Source: Bacillota bacterium (lineage in GTDB: Bacteria > Bacillota > Sulfobacillia > Sulfobacillales > JAIMBI01). From it: 64,000 nt of DNA. Below the pieces are notes generated by a model. It had not been told where the DNA came from and did no database searches. It was given only the letters and a program-made list of their open reading frames with translations. The position numbers and the translations under genes are program-made. Where the stretch lies: NCBI GenBank assembly GCA_021846565.1, contig JAJZWS010000003.1, positions 18,335 to 82,334 on the forward strand, written 5' to 3'. Below, piece by piece: positions 35,150-43,668 of this stretch. Position 1 is the first letter of the stretch. Each line of letters begins with the position of its first letter.

Positions 35150-36022
35150 TTACGCGGGAAAGGGTCCCAGGTGAGCGAGACCCGTCGCGGCATCCCAAAG
35201 CGGAGTGACCAGGAACGTGGCTGTGCGCGTGGCCAGGAGCCCGCCGGCCAGGGGGCGAGCTGCGGGTTGCGCCAGCATCGCCGTGGGGACGCCCTCGATG
35301 AGGGACGGGTCGCCGTGAAAGTGGGCGGCGACCTGGCGGCCCCAGTCGGCCCGCGTAATGTAGTCGGGACCGGCCACATGCCAGACGCCGACGGCACCGG
35401 CGGCCCACAGACGCTGGGTGGCGTCGGCCAGATTGGCCGCGGACGTGGGATTGCCCCACTGGTCGTTGGGCAGGCGCACCGACCGCCCGGCAGCGAGCGC
35501 CTGGGTGAGCCGCTCAATGAATCCCTGGCCGCGCGCCGCCCGACCGTAAACCCATGTGGTGCGCACCACGAGCGCGCGGTCCGGCAGCTCCGACGCCAGC
35601 AGGACCTCGATCGCGAGCTTGTCCCGGCCATACACCGACAGCGGATGCGGATCCGCGTCCTCGGTGTAGGGGCCGGCTGCGCCGTCAAACACATAGTCGC
35701 TGGAGAAAAAAACGAGGCGCGCACCGTGGTCCCGGACCCAAGCCGCTACGGCCGTCGGGCCCGCCACGTTCACGCGGTGGCTGGCCTCGGGGTCAACCTC
35801 GCAGCCGTCCACATGGGTGTAGGCACCCGCCAGCCAGACGGTGTCGGGTTGGACCTGGTTCAGCACGTCGGAAACCCCGCGCGTGTCGGCTAGGTCCAGC
35901 CGCACGTCGGAGTGGGTGCTGTGGCCGGTGCCCACCACCGACGCACCGGAACCTGTTAGGGCGGCCCGCAGGTGCGAACCCACCTGACCCGTCGCGCCCA
36001 CCACCAGATGGCGAGGGTTCAC
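35150..36022 (-). CDS. rmlD: dTDP-4-dehydrorhamnose reductase
   Basis: The 3' part of ORF 35150..37081. The GTG at 36022 overlaps the rmlB stop (GTGA). VNPRHLVVGATGQVGSHL, FFSSDYVFDG, YGRDKLAIE (YxxxK). Confidence 0.8.
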   Translation of the reverse strand: MNPRHLVVGATGQVGSHLRAALTGSGASVVGTGHSTHSDVRLDLADTRGVSDVLNQVQPDTVWLAGAYTHVDGCEVDPEASHRVNVAGPTAVAAWVRDHGARLVFFSSDYVFDGAAGPYTEDADPHPLSVYGRDKLAIEVLLASELPDRALVVRTTWVYGRAARGQGFIERLTQALAAGRSVRLPNDQWGNPTSAANLADATQRLWAAGAVGVWHVAGPDYITRADWGRQVAAHFHGDPSLIEGVPTAMLAQPAARPLAGGLLATRTATFLVTPLWDAATGLAHLGPFPA

Positions 36023-37032
36023 GAGAGCCGCTCGCCGTACTGCGCCCTGTAGTAGGCTCGATAAGCCCCGGATTTGATGCGCTCCCACCAGTCCCGGTGC
36101 TCGCGGTACCAGGCCACCGTGGCCGCCAGTCCCTCGTCCAGCGGGATGAAGGGGGTAAAGCCCAGCTCGTCCTGGATGCGGCGGGTGTCGAGCGCGTACC
36201 GGCGGTCGTGCGCCGGGCGGTCGGTAACGTGCACCAGACGATCCCGGCCCACGTCCAAGAGCGCCATCAGCTGCTGTGCCAGCGCCAGGTTGTCGCGCTC
36301 CGCGTGCGCGCCCACGTTGTACACGCGGCCAGCGCGTCCCCGCTGCAGCACCACCCCGAGCGCGCGGCAGTGGTCGTGCACATGGATCCAGTCGCGCACC
36401 TGACGCCCGTCCCCATAGAGCGGGAGGGCCTCCCCGTCCAGCGCGTTGGTGATGAACAAGGGAACCAGCTTTTCTGGAAACTGGTACGGGCCGTAGTTGT
36501 TGCCGCACCGCGTGATGACCGCGTCCAATCCATGGGTGGCGGCGGCCGCCAGCACCAGCAGATCCGCCCCGGCCTTGCTGGCCGCGTAGGGACTGGTGGG
36601 GTGAAGGGGATGTTCTTCGGTGAACGGCGCATCGCCCGGCGCGAGGCTCCCGTACACCTCGTCCGTGGACACGTGCAGCAGACGGGGCACGCCGGCCGCC
36701 CGCACGGCGTCCAGCACCACCTGGGTGCCAACGACGTTGGTGCTGGCAAACGCCTGGGCCCCCGAGATGCTGCGATCCACGTGGGACTCGGCGGCAAAGT
36801 GCACGACCGCATCCACCTGGCTGTCCAGCACGCCCCGGACGTCGTCGGGCCGGGTGACATCGCCCACCACCAGCCGGTGACGGGCGGGGTCCAGCCCTGC
36901 GAGGTTCTCGGCGTTGCCCGCGTACGTAAGGGCGTCCAGCGTCACCACCGAGGTCCCGGGGTCGCTGTCCAGAACCCAGCGGACAAAGTTGGACCCGATG
37001 AACCCCGCCCCACCCGTCACCACAATGCGCAT
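36019..37032 (-). CDS. rmlB: dTDP-glucose 4,6-dehydratase
   Basis: ORF 36019..37257, trimmed to MRIVVTGGAGFIGSNFV (ATG at 37032). It carries HFAAESHVDRS, STDEVYG and YAASKAGADL. Confidence 0.85.
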   Translation of the reverse strand: MRIVVTGGAGFIGSNFVRWVLDSDPGTSVVTLDALTYAGNAENLAGLDPARHRLVVGDVTRPDDVRGVLDSQVDAVVHFAAESHVDRSISGAQAFASTNVVGTQVVLDAVRAAGVPRLLHVSTDEVYGSLAPGDAPFTEEHPLHPTSPYAASKAGADLLVLAAAATHGLDAVITRCGNNYGPYQFPEKLVPLFITNALDGEALPLYGDGRQVRDWIHVHDHCRALGVVLQRGRAGRVYNVGAHAERDNLALAQQLMALLDVGRDRLVHVTDRPAHDRRYALDTRRIQDELGFTPFIPLDEGLAATVAWYREHRDWWERIKSGAYRAYYRAQYGERLS

Positions 37033-37096
37033 GCGTGTCGCCGCCCTTCTGTCGCTCGCCCCCGGCGCGGCCTCGCCGCACGGGGGACCCGATCCC

Positions 37097-37120
37097 TCAC
37101 CGCTCTCACCGCTCTCACCG
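37097..37120. repeat. 9-bp tandem repeat (TCACCGCTC x2.7) spanning the rmlC stop
   Basis: On the minus strand it reads CGG TGA GAG CGG TGA GAG CGG TGA, giving three in-frame TGA codons at the end of rmlC. Confidence 0.9.
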
Positions 37121-37600
37121 AGGATGGGTGGTCCAGTCAAACCCGATGGTCGGGTCGTCCCACGCGAGCCGCAGTTCGTCGGGGTCATCCGCCCGATACG
37201 ACGCGGTGGTGAAGTACAGGATCTGTGCAGGTGTGGCCCCCAGCACCCGATAGCCATGGGCCACCCCCTTGGGAATCACCAACAGCGCTGGATGGTGCTC
37301 GCCCAGGTAAAACACGTTGGTGACGCCCCGGGTGGGTGACTCGGGCCGCAGGTCGTGCAGCACCGCCTGGGCCTCGCCGACCGGGAAGAACCACAGGTCG
37401 TCCTGCCGCTGGTGATAATGAAACGCCTTGATGACACCGGGATACGACAGGGAGAGGGAGGCTTGTCCAAACCGTGACAAGAGCCCCTCGTCATCGCGCA
37501 GCACTTCCTCAAAAAATCCGCGGTCGTCGGGATGGCGCACCAAGGGCTTTAACACCACCCCCGCGATGCGTCGAACAGGCTCACGGGTCGGTTCGCCCAC
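37115..37600 (-). CDS. rmlC: dTDP-4-dehydrorhamnose 3,5-epimerase (cupin)
   Basis: ORF 37115..37621. The likely GTG start at 37600 lies behind GGAGG and overlaps the rmlA TAG by 1 nt. DDRGFFEE...IKAFHYHQRQDDLWF...PKGVAHGY. Confidence 0.75.
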   Translation of the reverse strand: MGEPTREPVRRIAGVVLKPLVRHPDDRGFFEEVLRDDEGLLSRFGQASLSLSYPGVIKAFHYHQRQDDLWFFPVGEAQAVLHDLRPESPTRGVTNVFYLGEHHPALLVIPKGVAHGYRVLGATPAQILYFTTASYRADDPDELRLAWDDPTIGFDWTTHPR

Positions 37601-38688
37601 TACAACACCTCCACCAAGCAATGATCCCCCGTAACCAGGGTGAGGGCGTGCGGTGCCGTGCGGCGCCGCGTGACGCGGGTGCCCTGACCCAGGAGGCTGC
37701 CGTCGATACGGCCGGGGACGTCGTCCAGCACCGCGTCGGCCAGCACAATGCTGTTTTCAATCTCCGTGTGGCGCACGCGCACACCCGATCCCAGACTGGT
37801 GAACGGTCCAATGAACGAATCCTCGACCACGGTGCCCGGCCCCAGTACCACGGGCCCGCGCAGGGTAGACCGCCGCACCACCACCCCGTCGGACAGGACG
37901 ACGCGGCCCGACACCTGGCTCTCGTCGTCCACCTGCGCGCCGGCGGCGCGCTGGGGCGATAAGTCTTCCAGCACTAGGCGATTGGCTTCCAGTAAATCTT
38001 CGGGCTTGCCCGTGTCTTTCCACCACCCCTGCACGCGCTCGGCGTGCACGCTGCGGCCGCGATCCAACAGCTGCTGCAGAGCGTCCGTGATTTCGAGCTC
38101 ACCGCGCGCCGAGGGTGTGAGCCCATGCACCACGTCAAAAATCACGGGGCGAAACAGGTAGACGCCCACCAGCGCCCAGTTCGAGGGGGGGACGGCGGGC
38201 TTTTCCACCAGCCGAACCACGCCACCCGTCCGATCGTCCACCACCGCGACGCCAAAGTGCTCGGGGTGGGGTACGGCCGTGAGGAGAATCCCCGCATCCC
38301 AGTCCGCTTCGCGAAAACGGCGGGCAAAGTCGGACACGCCGCCCTTCAGCAGGTTGTCGCCCAGGTACATGAGAAACGGATGTCCGTCCAAAAACGGCGC
38401 GGAAACAGCCACGGCGTGGGCCAAGCCCAGCGGTGCGGCCTGCGGGATGTAGGTGATGCGGCAGCCGAACTGACTGCCGCGGCCCACGGCCGCTTCGATC
38501 TCGCGCGCCGTGTCGCCCACCACCACGCCCACCTCGGTGATGCCGGCCGCCACCAGCGCCTCGATGGCGTAAAACAGGATGGGTCGGTTGGCCACGGGCA
38601 GGAGCTGCTTGGAGCGGGTGTACGTCAGCGGCCTGAGCCGGGACCCGGTTCCCCCGGCCAGCACCAGCCCCCGGAGCGTGTCTCCCAT
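37600..38688 (-). CDS. rmlA: Glucose-1-phosphate thymidylyltransferase (long form with a C-terminal left-handed beta-helix)
   Basis: ORF 37600..38724, trimmed to MGDTLRGLVLAGGTGSRLRPLTYTRSKQLLPVANRPIL. It carries YLGDNL and EKP, plus hexapeptide-like repeats at the C-terminus. Confidence 0.8.
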   Translation of the reverse strand: MGDTLRGLVLAGGTGSRLRPLTYTRSKQLLPVANRPILFYAIEALVAAGITEVGVVVGDTAREIEAAVGRGSQFGCRITYIPQAAPLGLAHAVAVSAPFLDGHPFLMYLGDNLLKGGVSDFARRFREADWDAGILLTAVPHPEHFGVAVVDDRTGGVVRLVEKPAVPPSNWALVGVYLFRPVIFDVVHGLTPSARGELEITDALQQLLDRGRSVHAERVQGWWKDTGKPEDLLEANRLVLEDLSPQRAAGAQVDDESQVSGRVVLSDGVVVRRSTLRGPVVLGPGTVVEDSFIGPFTSLGSGVRVRHTEIENSIVLADAVLDDVPGRIDGSLLGQGTRVTRRRTAPHALTLVTGDHCLVEVL

Positions 38689-39013
38689 CGCGTAGAGTCC
38701 CCTCTCTGCGCAGCACGACGCCATCGGGCTGCTTCTCGCGTCTCAGTGTGACATCGGCCGCAGTTCCGGTAAAGCGGGAGAACTTGTCGAACGAGGGGGG
38801 CGAATCGTTGGCCGGGACGGCGTGCGGGCCCGAGCCCGACGGCCGGGCGCTTCACGAGGACGGACGAGCGACTGACGCCCAGCCGGCCGGCCAAGCGGTC
38901 CAGCTGGGTGGACGCCGTCGGTCAGAACCCACACCTCAGGCCGCCGGCCACACATAGCTGTCGAGCCGAGGGGGAAGAAAAACTTGGCGCCGAGGGCGCC
39001 GGCCTTGTGAGCG

Positions 39014-39060
39014 GGCCTCACCCGCATTGCGGTGCGGTTGAGTGCACCGCAAGTGAGGCC
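39014..39060. other. Compound GC-rich stem-loop in a 0.5-kb apparently non-coding gap
   Basis: GGCCTCAC-ccgca-TTGCGGTGC-ggttgagt-GCACCGCAA-GTGAGGCC: an 8-bp outer stem plus a 9-bp inner stem, with a 5-nt bulge and an 8-nt loop. No U-tract. Confidence 0.6.
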
Positions 39061-39220
39061 CAGGCCCGCCGTCCTCTGGAGGGCATGGTCCCGACGCCTT
39101 GGTGCGGGCTCGGCCGGCGACGCGCCAACCGGCAGACCCCTGGTCAAGGGTGGTGGTTCGTTGGCACGGCAGCGCGGGCGAAACACCCTGCCGCACTGTG
39201 TGGCTCGGGGGTGGCGCCAG

Positions 39221-39249
39221 TTGACAGCCATCGCCCCATCGCATACCAT
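39221..39249 (+). promoter_or_regulatory. Sigma-70-type promoter candidate for the MarR-efflux operon
   Basis: TTGACA (39221-39226), 17 nt spacer, TACCAT (39244-39249). It is followed by the palindrome GCGTAACGC and the RBS GAGGTGA before the GTG at 39283. Confidence 0.45.
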
Positions 39250-39282
39250 GCGTAACGCTAAAAGTTTGCGAGGTGAACCTTT

Positions 39283-39774
39283 GTGGGTGTGGGCGATGGG
39301 CAGCGAGACAAGATTCTGGCCGATGTGGAAGCGCTGTTGTTGCAGATTGGGCGGATGGCGGGCAGCGTTCACCACGGCCCGGCCGCGGCCTCGGGCTTCA
39401 CGCCGACGCAGTTCATGATGCTGGTGTGGCTGGCCAAGCGCCCCGCCGCCGCGCCGATGAGCGATTTGGCCGAGGCCATGGGGATCAGCATGGCAGGCGC
39501 CACCGGGGTGGTGGACCGTCTGGTGCATGCGGGCGCCGTGTGCCGCGAGCGCAACGACGACGACCGCCGACAGGTGCTGGTGGAGCTCACGGACCAGGGG
39601 CGGGAGCGCATTGAATGGGCGCGCCACCAAGGCTTTCTGCGTTTCCGCCGCCTCACGGAACGCATTCCCATTGCCGACCTGGAGGCCCTGACGCGCATTC
39701 TTACCGTGATTTTGGACAGCGTGCGCCACGAGCCGGATGGCACGCCCATGGGCGCCGACAGCGACCCCGCCTGA
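39283..39774 (+). CDS. MarR-family transcriptional regulator
   Basis: 163-aa ORF. FTPTQFMMLVWLAKRPAAAPMSDLAEAMGISMAGATGVVDRLVHAGAVCRERNDDDRRQVLVELTDQG is a winged-helix MarR core. Confidence 0.8.
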   Translation: MGVGDGQRDKILADVEALLLQIGRMAGSVHHGPAAASGFTPTQFMMLVWLAKRPAAAPMSDLAEAMGISMAGATGVVDRLVHAGAVCRERNDDDRRQVLVELTDQGRERIEWARHQGFLRFRRLTERIPIADLEALTRILTVILDSVRHEPDGTPMGADSDPA

Positions 39775-39804
39775 GGGCTGGATTCGAACGGGAGGAGGTG
39801 CCGC

Positions 39805-40554
39805 TTGCGTCGTCATGGGTTGGGACGGATGGCATGGCTGGGGGTGGTGGAAGCCCTGGTCGCCGGCGGGGTGGGACTCTGGCTCCGGCACGCCCTGCCC
39901 AGTGCGGATCGCATTTGGACCTGGGGGCTCTGGGGAGCCGGCTTCGTGGTGCTGGTGCTGTCGCTGGCCCTCGCCGCCGGAGGCCGCCGGGAGCTTCCGG
40001 CCGTGGTGGACCCTGACCCGGGGGGGCCGGCGCTGCCGGTGGTGCCGCCGCTCGCAGTCGCGGCATATCCTCCAGAGCTTGCAGGCATGTGGCGCGACGT
40101 GATTCAGGCGCATCTGGACGTGGGAGTGCTGCGCGCGGCGGTGAGCCAAGCGGCGGCCGCCCGCGCGATCCTGGATGGCGGCAGCGCCGGCAGCGCGGTC
40201 GCTCTCTTTGAAGCCCACCTCCTGCGCGAGGGGTATCGGAAGTGGGCGTTGGGTCAGGATCCGCTGCCAGACCTGGAGCCCTATCGGGAGGTCGTGGATC
40301 TCGAGACCGCAGTACAGCGCCGGGAGGCGCTGGCGGCCGAGCGCGAGCGGCTGGCGGCCGAGTGGGCGTCGTGGCACCGAGACCGGGAGGCGGATGCCAG
40401 GGGAGCGGCGGAGCGGCTGCCGGGTGCGGAGACTCGCGAGCAGCAACTGGCGGCGCTGCTGCGGAGGGCCGAGGAGTTGGCACTCTGGTCGCGCGGATAC
40501 GAGGCGCTGGTGGCAGCCCGGGCCGGTCCGGATCGCCGGAGGGAGGACGACTGA
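39805..40554 (+). CDS. Membrane protein: two N-terminal TM helices plus an Ala/Arg/Glu-rich predicted coiled coil
   Basis: 249-aa ORF with a TTG start. TM segments MAWLGVVEALVAGGVGLWL and LWGAGFVVLVLSLALAAGG. C-terminal REALAAERERLAAEWASWHRDREADARGAAERL...QQLAALLRRAEELALW. No family recognised. Confidence 0.5.
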   Translation: MRRHGLGRMAWLGVVEALVAGGVGLWLRHALPSADRIWTWGLWGAGFVVLVLSLALAAGGRRELPAVVDPDPGGPALPVVPPLAVAAYPPELAGMWRDVIQAHLDVGVLRAAVSQAAAARAILDGGSAGSAVALFEAHLLREGYRKWALGQDPLPDLEPYREVVDLETAVQRREALAAERERLAAEWASWHRDREADARGAAERLPGAETREQQLAALLRRAEELALWSRGYEALVAARAGPDRRREDD

Positions 40555-40555
40555 C

Positions 40556-41185
40556 GTGCGGCAGGCATGGGGCGTCGGCATCATTACGGCAGCCAGCGTG
40601 GGAGCGCTCGCGGCCACGGCGCTTTGGTTCCAGTACCAGCAGCAGCATTTTGTGAGTTCGAGCTATGCGTTTGTGACCGCGCCCAGCACGTGGGTGCGGG
40701 CGGCGACCTGGGAGCGGGTGCTGACCGTGGACGTGGCCACCGGCGTCCCGGTTCGCCGGGGCACGGTCCTCATGACCGTCGCGACGGCCGCCGGACGGCA
40801 CCTGACGGTATTGGCGCCGGTGGCCGGACGGGTCGGGTCAGTGGTGGCGGCCCGGGGCTCCGAGGTGGCGGCCGCGGGTCCCCTGGTGGCGCTGGTAGCC
40901 ACGCGGCGGGCCTCCGTGGAAGTGGAACTGCCCGAAAGTCAAACGCGGCGGGTGCGCCCAGGTGAGGCGGTCACGCTCACGCTGGCCGCGTACCCCGGGC
41001 GCACCTTTCACGGCCGCGTGGCGCGGATGGGGCGCGCCACACTGGCCGCCGCCACCCCCGCACTGGCCGTGGGGGGATTTGCGCCCGCGACCCAGTGGGT
41101 GCCGGTGTGGGTCACGCTGCCGCCCCCACCCTTGGGCGTGGGCTACATTGCCGGGGAGTCGGCCTCGGCCCAAATCCACGTGTGA
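40556..41185 (+). CDS. Short HlyD/membrane-fusion-family adaptor lacking an alpha-hairpin
   Basis: The 3' part of ORF 40175..41185. The GTG at 40556 lies 1 nt after the upstream TGA. It has an N-terminal TM (GIITAASVGALAATALWF), lipoyl-like halves (VTAP...VRRGTVLMTV / LAPVAGRVGSVV...GPLVALV) and a beta-barrel part (VEVELPESQTRRVRPGEAVTLTLAAYPGRTFHGRVARM). Confidence 0.65.
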   Translation: MRQAWGVGIITAASVGALAATALWFQYQQQHFVSSSYAFVTAPSTWVRAATWERVLTVDVATGVPVRRGTVLMTVATAAGRHLTVLAPVAGRVGSVVAARGSEVAAAGPLVALVATRRASVEVELPESQTRRVRPGEAVTLTLAAYPGRTFHGRVARMGRATLAAATPALAVGGFAPATQWVPVWVTLPPPPLGVGYIAGESASAQIHV

Positions 41186-41224
41186 CGGGACGGCATGATG
41201 GATGCCGGAGAGGGAGGTGATGGC

Positions 41225-42805
41225 ATGGCGGAGGCCCGAGCGGCCGGACCGGCGGTGGGGTCGAGCGTACCGTCGAAGGGATGGGGCGTCGCTCTGTTCG
41301 TGGTGGTGATAGGCGCCTTCATGAGCATTTTGGACAGCTCCATCGTCAACATTGCCATTCCTACGATTGAGAATGTCTTCAATGTGAACACGCAAGGCGC
41401 CGAGTGGGTGGTGACAATTTACATCCTGGCGCTGGGCGTGGTGGTGCCCATCTCCAGCTGGCTCGGCGACAAGTACGGATTAAAACAGATTTACGTGTTT
41501 TCCCTGATCGTCTTCACGACTGGGTCGGCTCTGTGCGGCGCGTCGTGGAGCGTCGGAGTGCTGTCCGGCTTTCGCGTGCTGCAGGCGCTGGGGGGCGGGC
41601 TCATCATGCCCACCACCATGTCGCTGGTGTACCGCATGGTGCCGCGGGATCGGATTGGGACAGCGATGGGGTTCTGGGGGCTGGCGCTCATCATGGCGCC
41701 CGCCATCGGGCCGACGCTGGGCGGCTACCTGGTGCAGTACGTGGACTGGCGCCTCATTTTCTACGTCAACGTGCCCATCGGCATTGTGGGGGTGCTGCTG
41801 GCGCTCCGATATCTGCCGAACATTCCCGGCCACCCGGTGGGCCGGCTGGACTGGGCTGGCATGGTGACGGCGGCCGCCGGGCTGTTTGGCCTGCTGCTGG
41901 CCCTGTCGGAGGGCCAGACCTGGGGCTGGACGTCCGAGGGCATCCTGATGCTCCTGATTGGCTCTGCGGGCGTGCTGGTGCTGTTTGTGTACCTGCAGAT
42001 GACGGGGCGCGAGCCGCTCTTGGACCTGCGGGTGTTTCGGTACGGCTCGTATGCGCTCACCAACATCCTGTCCATGGTGGTGATGGTGGGGATGTACGCC
42101 GGGGTGTTTTACGTGCCGCTGTTCCTGCAAACCGTGTCCGGGTACGGCGCCATGCAGACCGGGCTCATCATGATGCCGGCGGCGTTGGTGACGGCCATCT
42201 TCATGCCGCTGGCGGGCCGCATCTACGACCTGGTGGGGGCCCGCTGGCCGGTGTTCATTGGGCTCTTGTTCATGGGCTATGGCACATATGTGTTTCACAG
42301 TTTGTCCACGGCCACGCCGACGCTGGTGGTGGCCGAGTGGCTGATGATTCGCAGCGTCGGCATGGGGCTTTCCATGATGCCACTGACGACGGCGGGTATG
42401 TCGGCCGTGCCCAATCCCAAGATTGGCGCAGCGTCGTCGGTCAACAACATCCTGCAGCGCGTGTCCGGGGCGTTTGGGCTCGCCGCGCTGACCGGCGTGC
42501 TGCAGGACCAAACCAGTGCGTTCACCAGCACGCTGTCGGCGGCGTACAGCCCGGGTACCGCTGGCGCCGCCCTCATGACGGGCATGGGGCACGTCATCCA
42601 GGCCGCCGGCCTGACGGCGCCCGGCGCCCAGCTGGTGGACGCCTACCTGATCACGGGCGAGATTGCCCGCGACGCGTTTGTGCTGGCCATTGACAACGTA
42701 TTTGTGCTCACGGCCGCCCTCACCCTGGCGGGGGCGGTGGTGGCCCTGTTCGTCAAGACGTATCGCACAGGAGGCGCCCGCGACGCCAAACCGGTCATGG
42801 AATGA
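41225..42805 (+). CDS. MFS drug:H+ antiporter, DHA2 (EmrB/QacA, 14-TMS) family
   Basis: ORF 41195..42805, trimmed to MAEARAAGP (RBS GGGAGGTGA). It carries FMSILDSSIVNIAIPTI, LGDKYGLKQ, RVLQALGGG and about 14 hydrophobic segments. Confidence 0.8.
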   Translation: MAEARAAGPAVGSSVPSKGWGVALFVVVIGAFMSILDSSIVNIAIPTIENVFNVNTQGAEWVVTIYILALGVVVPISSWLGDKYGLKQIYVFSLIVFTTGSALCGASWSVGVLSGFRVLQALGGGLIMPTTMSLVYRMVPRDRIGTAMGFWGLALIMAPAIGPTLGGYLVQYVDWRLIFYVNVPIGIVGVLLALRYLPNIPGHPVGRLDWAGMVTAAAGLFGLLLALSEGQTWGWTSEGILMLLIGSAGVLVLFVYLQMTGREPLLDLRVFRYGSYALTNILSMVVMVGMYAGVFYVPLFLQTVSGYGAMQTGLIMMPAALVTAIFMPLAGRIYDLVGARWPVFIGLLFMGYGTYVFHSLSTATPTLVVAEWLMIRSVGMGLSMMPLTTAGMSAVPNPKIGAASSVNNILQRVSGAFGLAALTGVLQDQTSAFTSTLSAAYSPGTAGAALMTGMGHVIQAAGLTAPGAQLVDAYLITGEIARDAFVLAIDNVFVLTAALTLAGAVVALFVKTYRTGGARDAKPVME

Positions 42806-42893
42806 CGCCAGTGGCGGCAAGGGTGGAGATGGGGCAGGTTGTCCGGGCACGCAACGACTGCCCGCGCAACTGCAGAGAAGTGAGGGAAACGAG

Positions 42894-43604
42894 ATGAAAG
42901 CAAGCCGACTCATCCTGGTCAATGTGCTGGTCCTGGGGGGCCTCGCGATTGTGGCGGCCCTGGTGTTTTACTACTACAGCACCCAGAGCCATTACGTGAG
43001 TTCGCAGGATGCGAGCATTTCGGCCACCACCGTGCCCGTGGTGGCCAGCAGTGCGGGTGCCCTAACGACGTTTTCGGTGCAGGTGGGCCAGCACGTGAAA
43101 GCGGGGCAGGTCATCGCCACCGAGACGGTGGCCGCGTCCAGCACGGCCACGGCCAACAAGGTGGATCCCCCGTCGGCCGGTCACGGCGCCACGTCCACGA
43201 GCCCGGCCACGACCACCGTGCCAATCACGGCGCCGGTGGCGGGCGACGTCGCCACCACCAACGTAGCGGCGGGGCAGGACGTGGGGGCGGGCACACCGCT
43301 GCTGACCCTGGTGCAACTCCAAACCGCGTATGTAACCGCCAACATCCCGGAAACCAGCATTCGGCACATCCGGGTAGGCGAGTCCGTGGACGTCACCGTG
43401 AATGCCATTCCTGGGGTCACATTTCACGGAACGGTGACGGCGGTGGCCCCGGCCACGCAGTCGTTCTTCTCGCTCATCCCGGCCTCAGCCACCGCAGGAA
43501 CCTATGTGCAAACGGTGCAGCGCATCCCCGTCAACATCCGCCTGCATCCGATGGGCTACACCCTCCTACCCGGTGAAAGCTGCTCGGTGCGCGTGCACAC
43601 GTAG
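42894..43604 (+). CDS. Second short HlyD/membrane-fusion-family adaptor; the hairpin is replaced by a low-complexity Ala/Thr/Ser linker
   Basis: The 3' part of ORF 42663..43604 (ATG at 42894, RBS GAGGGAAA). TM LILVNVLVLGGLAIVAALVFYYY, then VQVGQHVKAGQVIA, the linker SSTATANKVDPPSAGHGATSTSPATTT, ITAPVAGDV, and ANIPETSIRHIRVGESVDVTVNAIPGVTFHGTVTAV. Confidence 0.65.
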   Translation: MKASRLILVNVLVLGGLAIVAALVFYYYSTQSHYVSSQDASISATTVPVVASSAGALTTFSVQVGQHVKAGQVIATETVAASSTATANKVDPPSAGHGATSTSPATTTVPITAPVAGDVATTNVAAGQDVGAGTPLLTLVQLQTAYVTANIPETSIRHIRVGESVDVTVNAIPGVTFHGTVTAVAPATQSFFSLIPASATAGTYVQTVQRIPVNIRLHPMGYTLLPGESCSVRVHT

Positions 43605-43668
43605 TGGGCTCAGAAGCTCCGCCGCGGCCGGCGGCACCTCTTGGGGTCTCGCGCTGCTGAGTCACGGG

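Noticed and set aside
33980-35208. Track ORFs in the 34.4-35.15 kb gap (33980..34957 +, 34513..35208 +, 34622..35140 -, 34866..35174 +)
   Set aside because: All lack an RBS and are Arg/Pro/Ser/Trp-rich with no motifs. The first is mostly antisense to the aminotransferase gene. None is persuasive as a protein.
35150-37081. 643-aa ORF that would fuse rmlD to a long N-terminal extension
   Set aside because: Only the C-terminal about 290 aa look like RmlD. The extension is Arg/Gly/Pro-rich and lies out of frame over rmlB, whose product has perfect SDR motifs. The GTG at 36022 overlapping the rmlB stop is the sensible start.
38850-38910. HTH-like frame LAGRLGVSRSSVLVK on the minus strand as a real regulator gene
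   Set aside because: It has no start codon, and an in-frame stop lies immediately upstream. The frame also runs into the rmlA upstream region. At best it is a relic, so it is reported only inside a low-interest finding.
38743-40617. 624-aa minus-strand ORF covering the MarR and coiled-coil genes
   Set aside because: Same GC-artefact composition (Arg/Pro/Ala/Gly). It is antisense to a MarR gene with a clear wHTH, and it crosses an intergenic promoter region.
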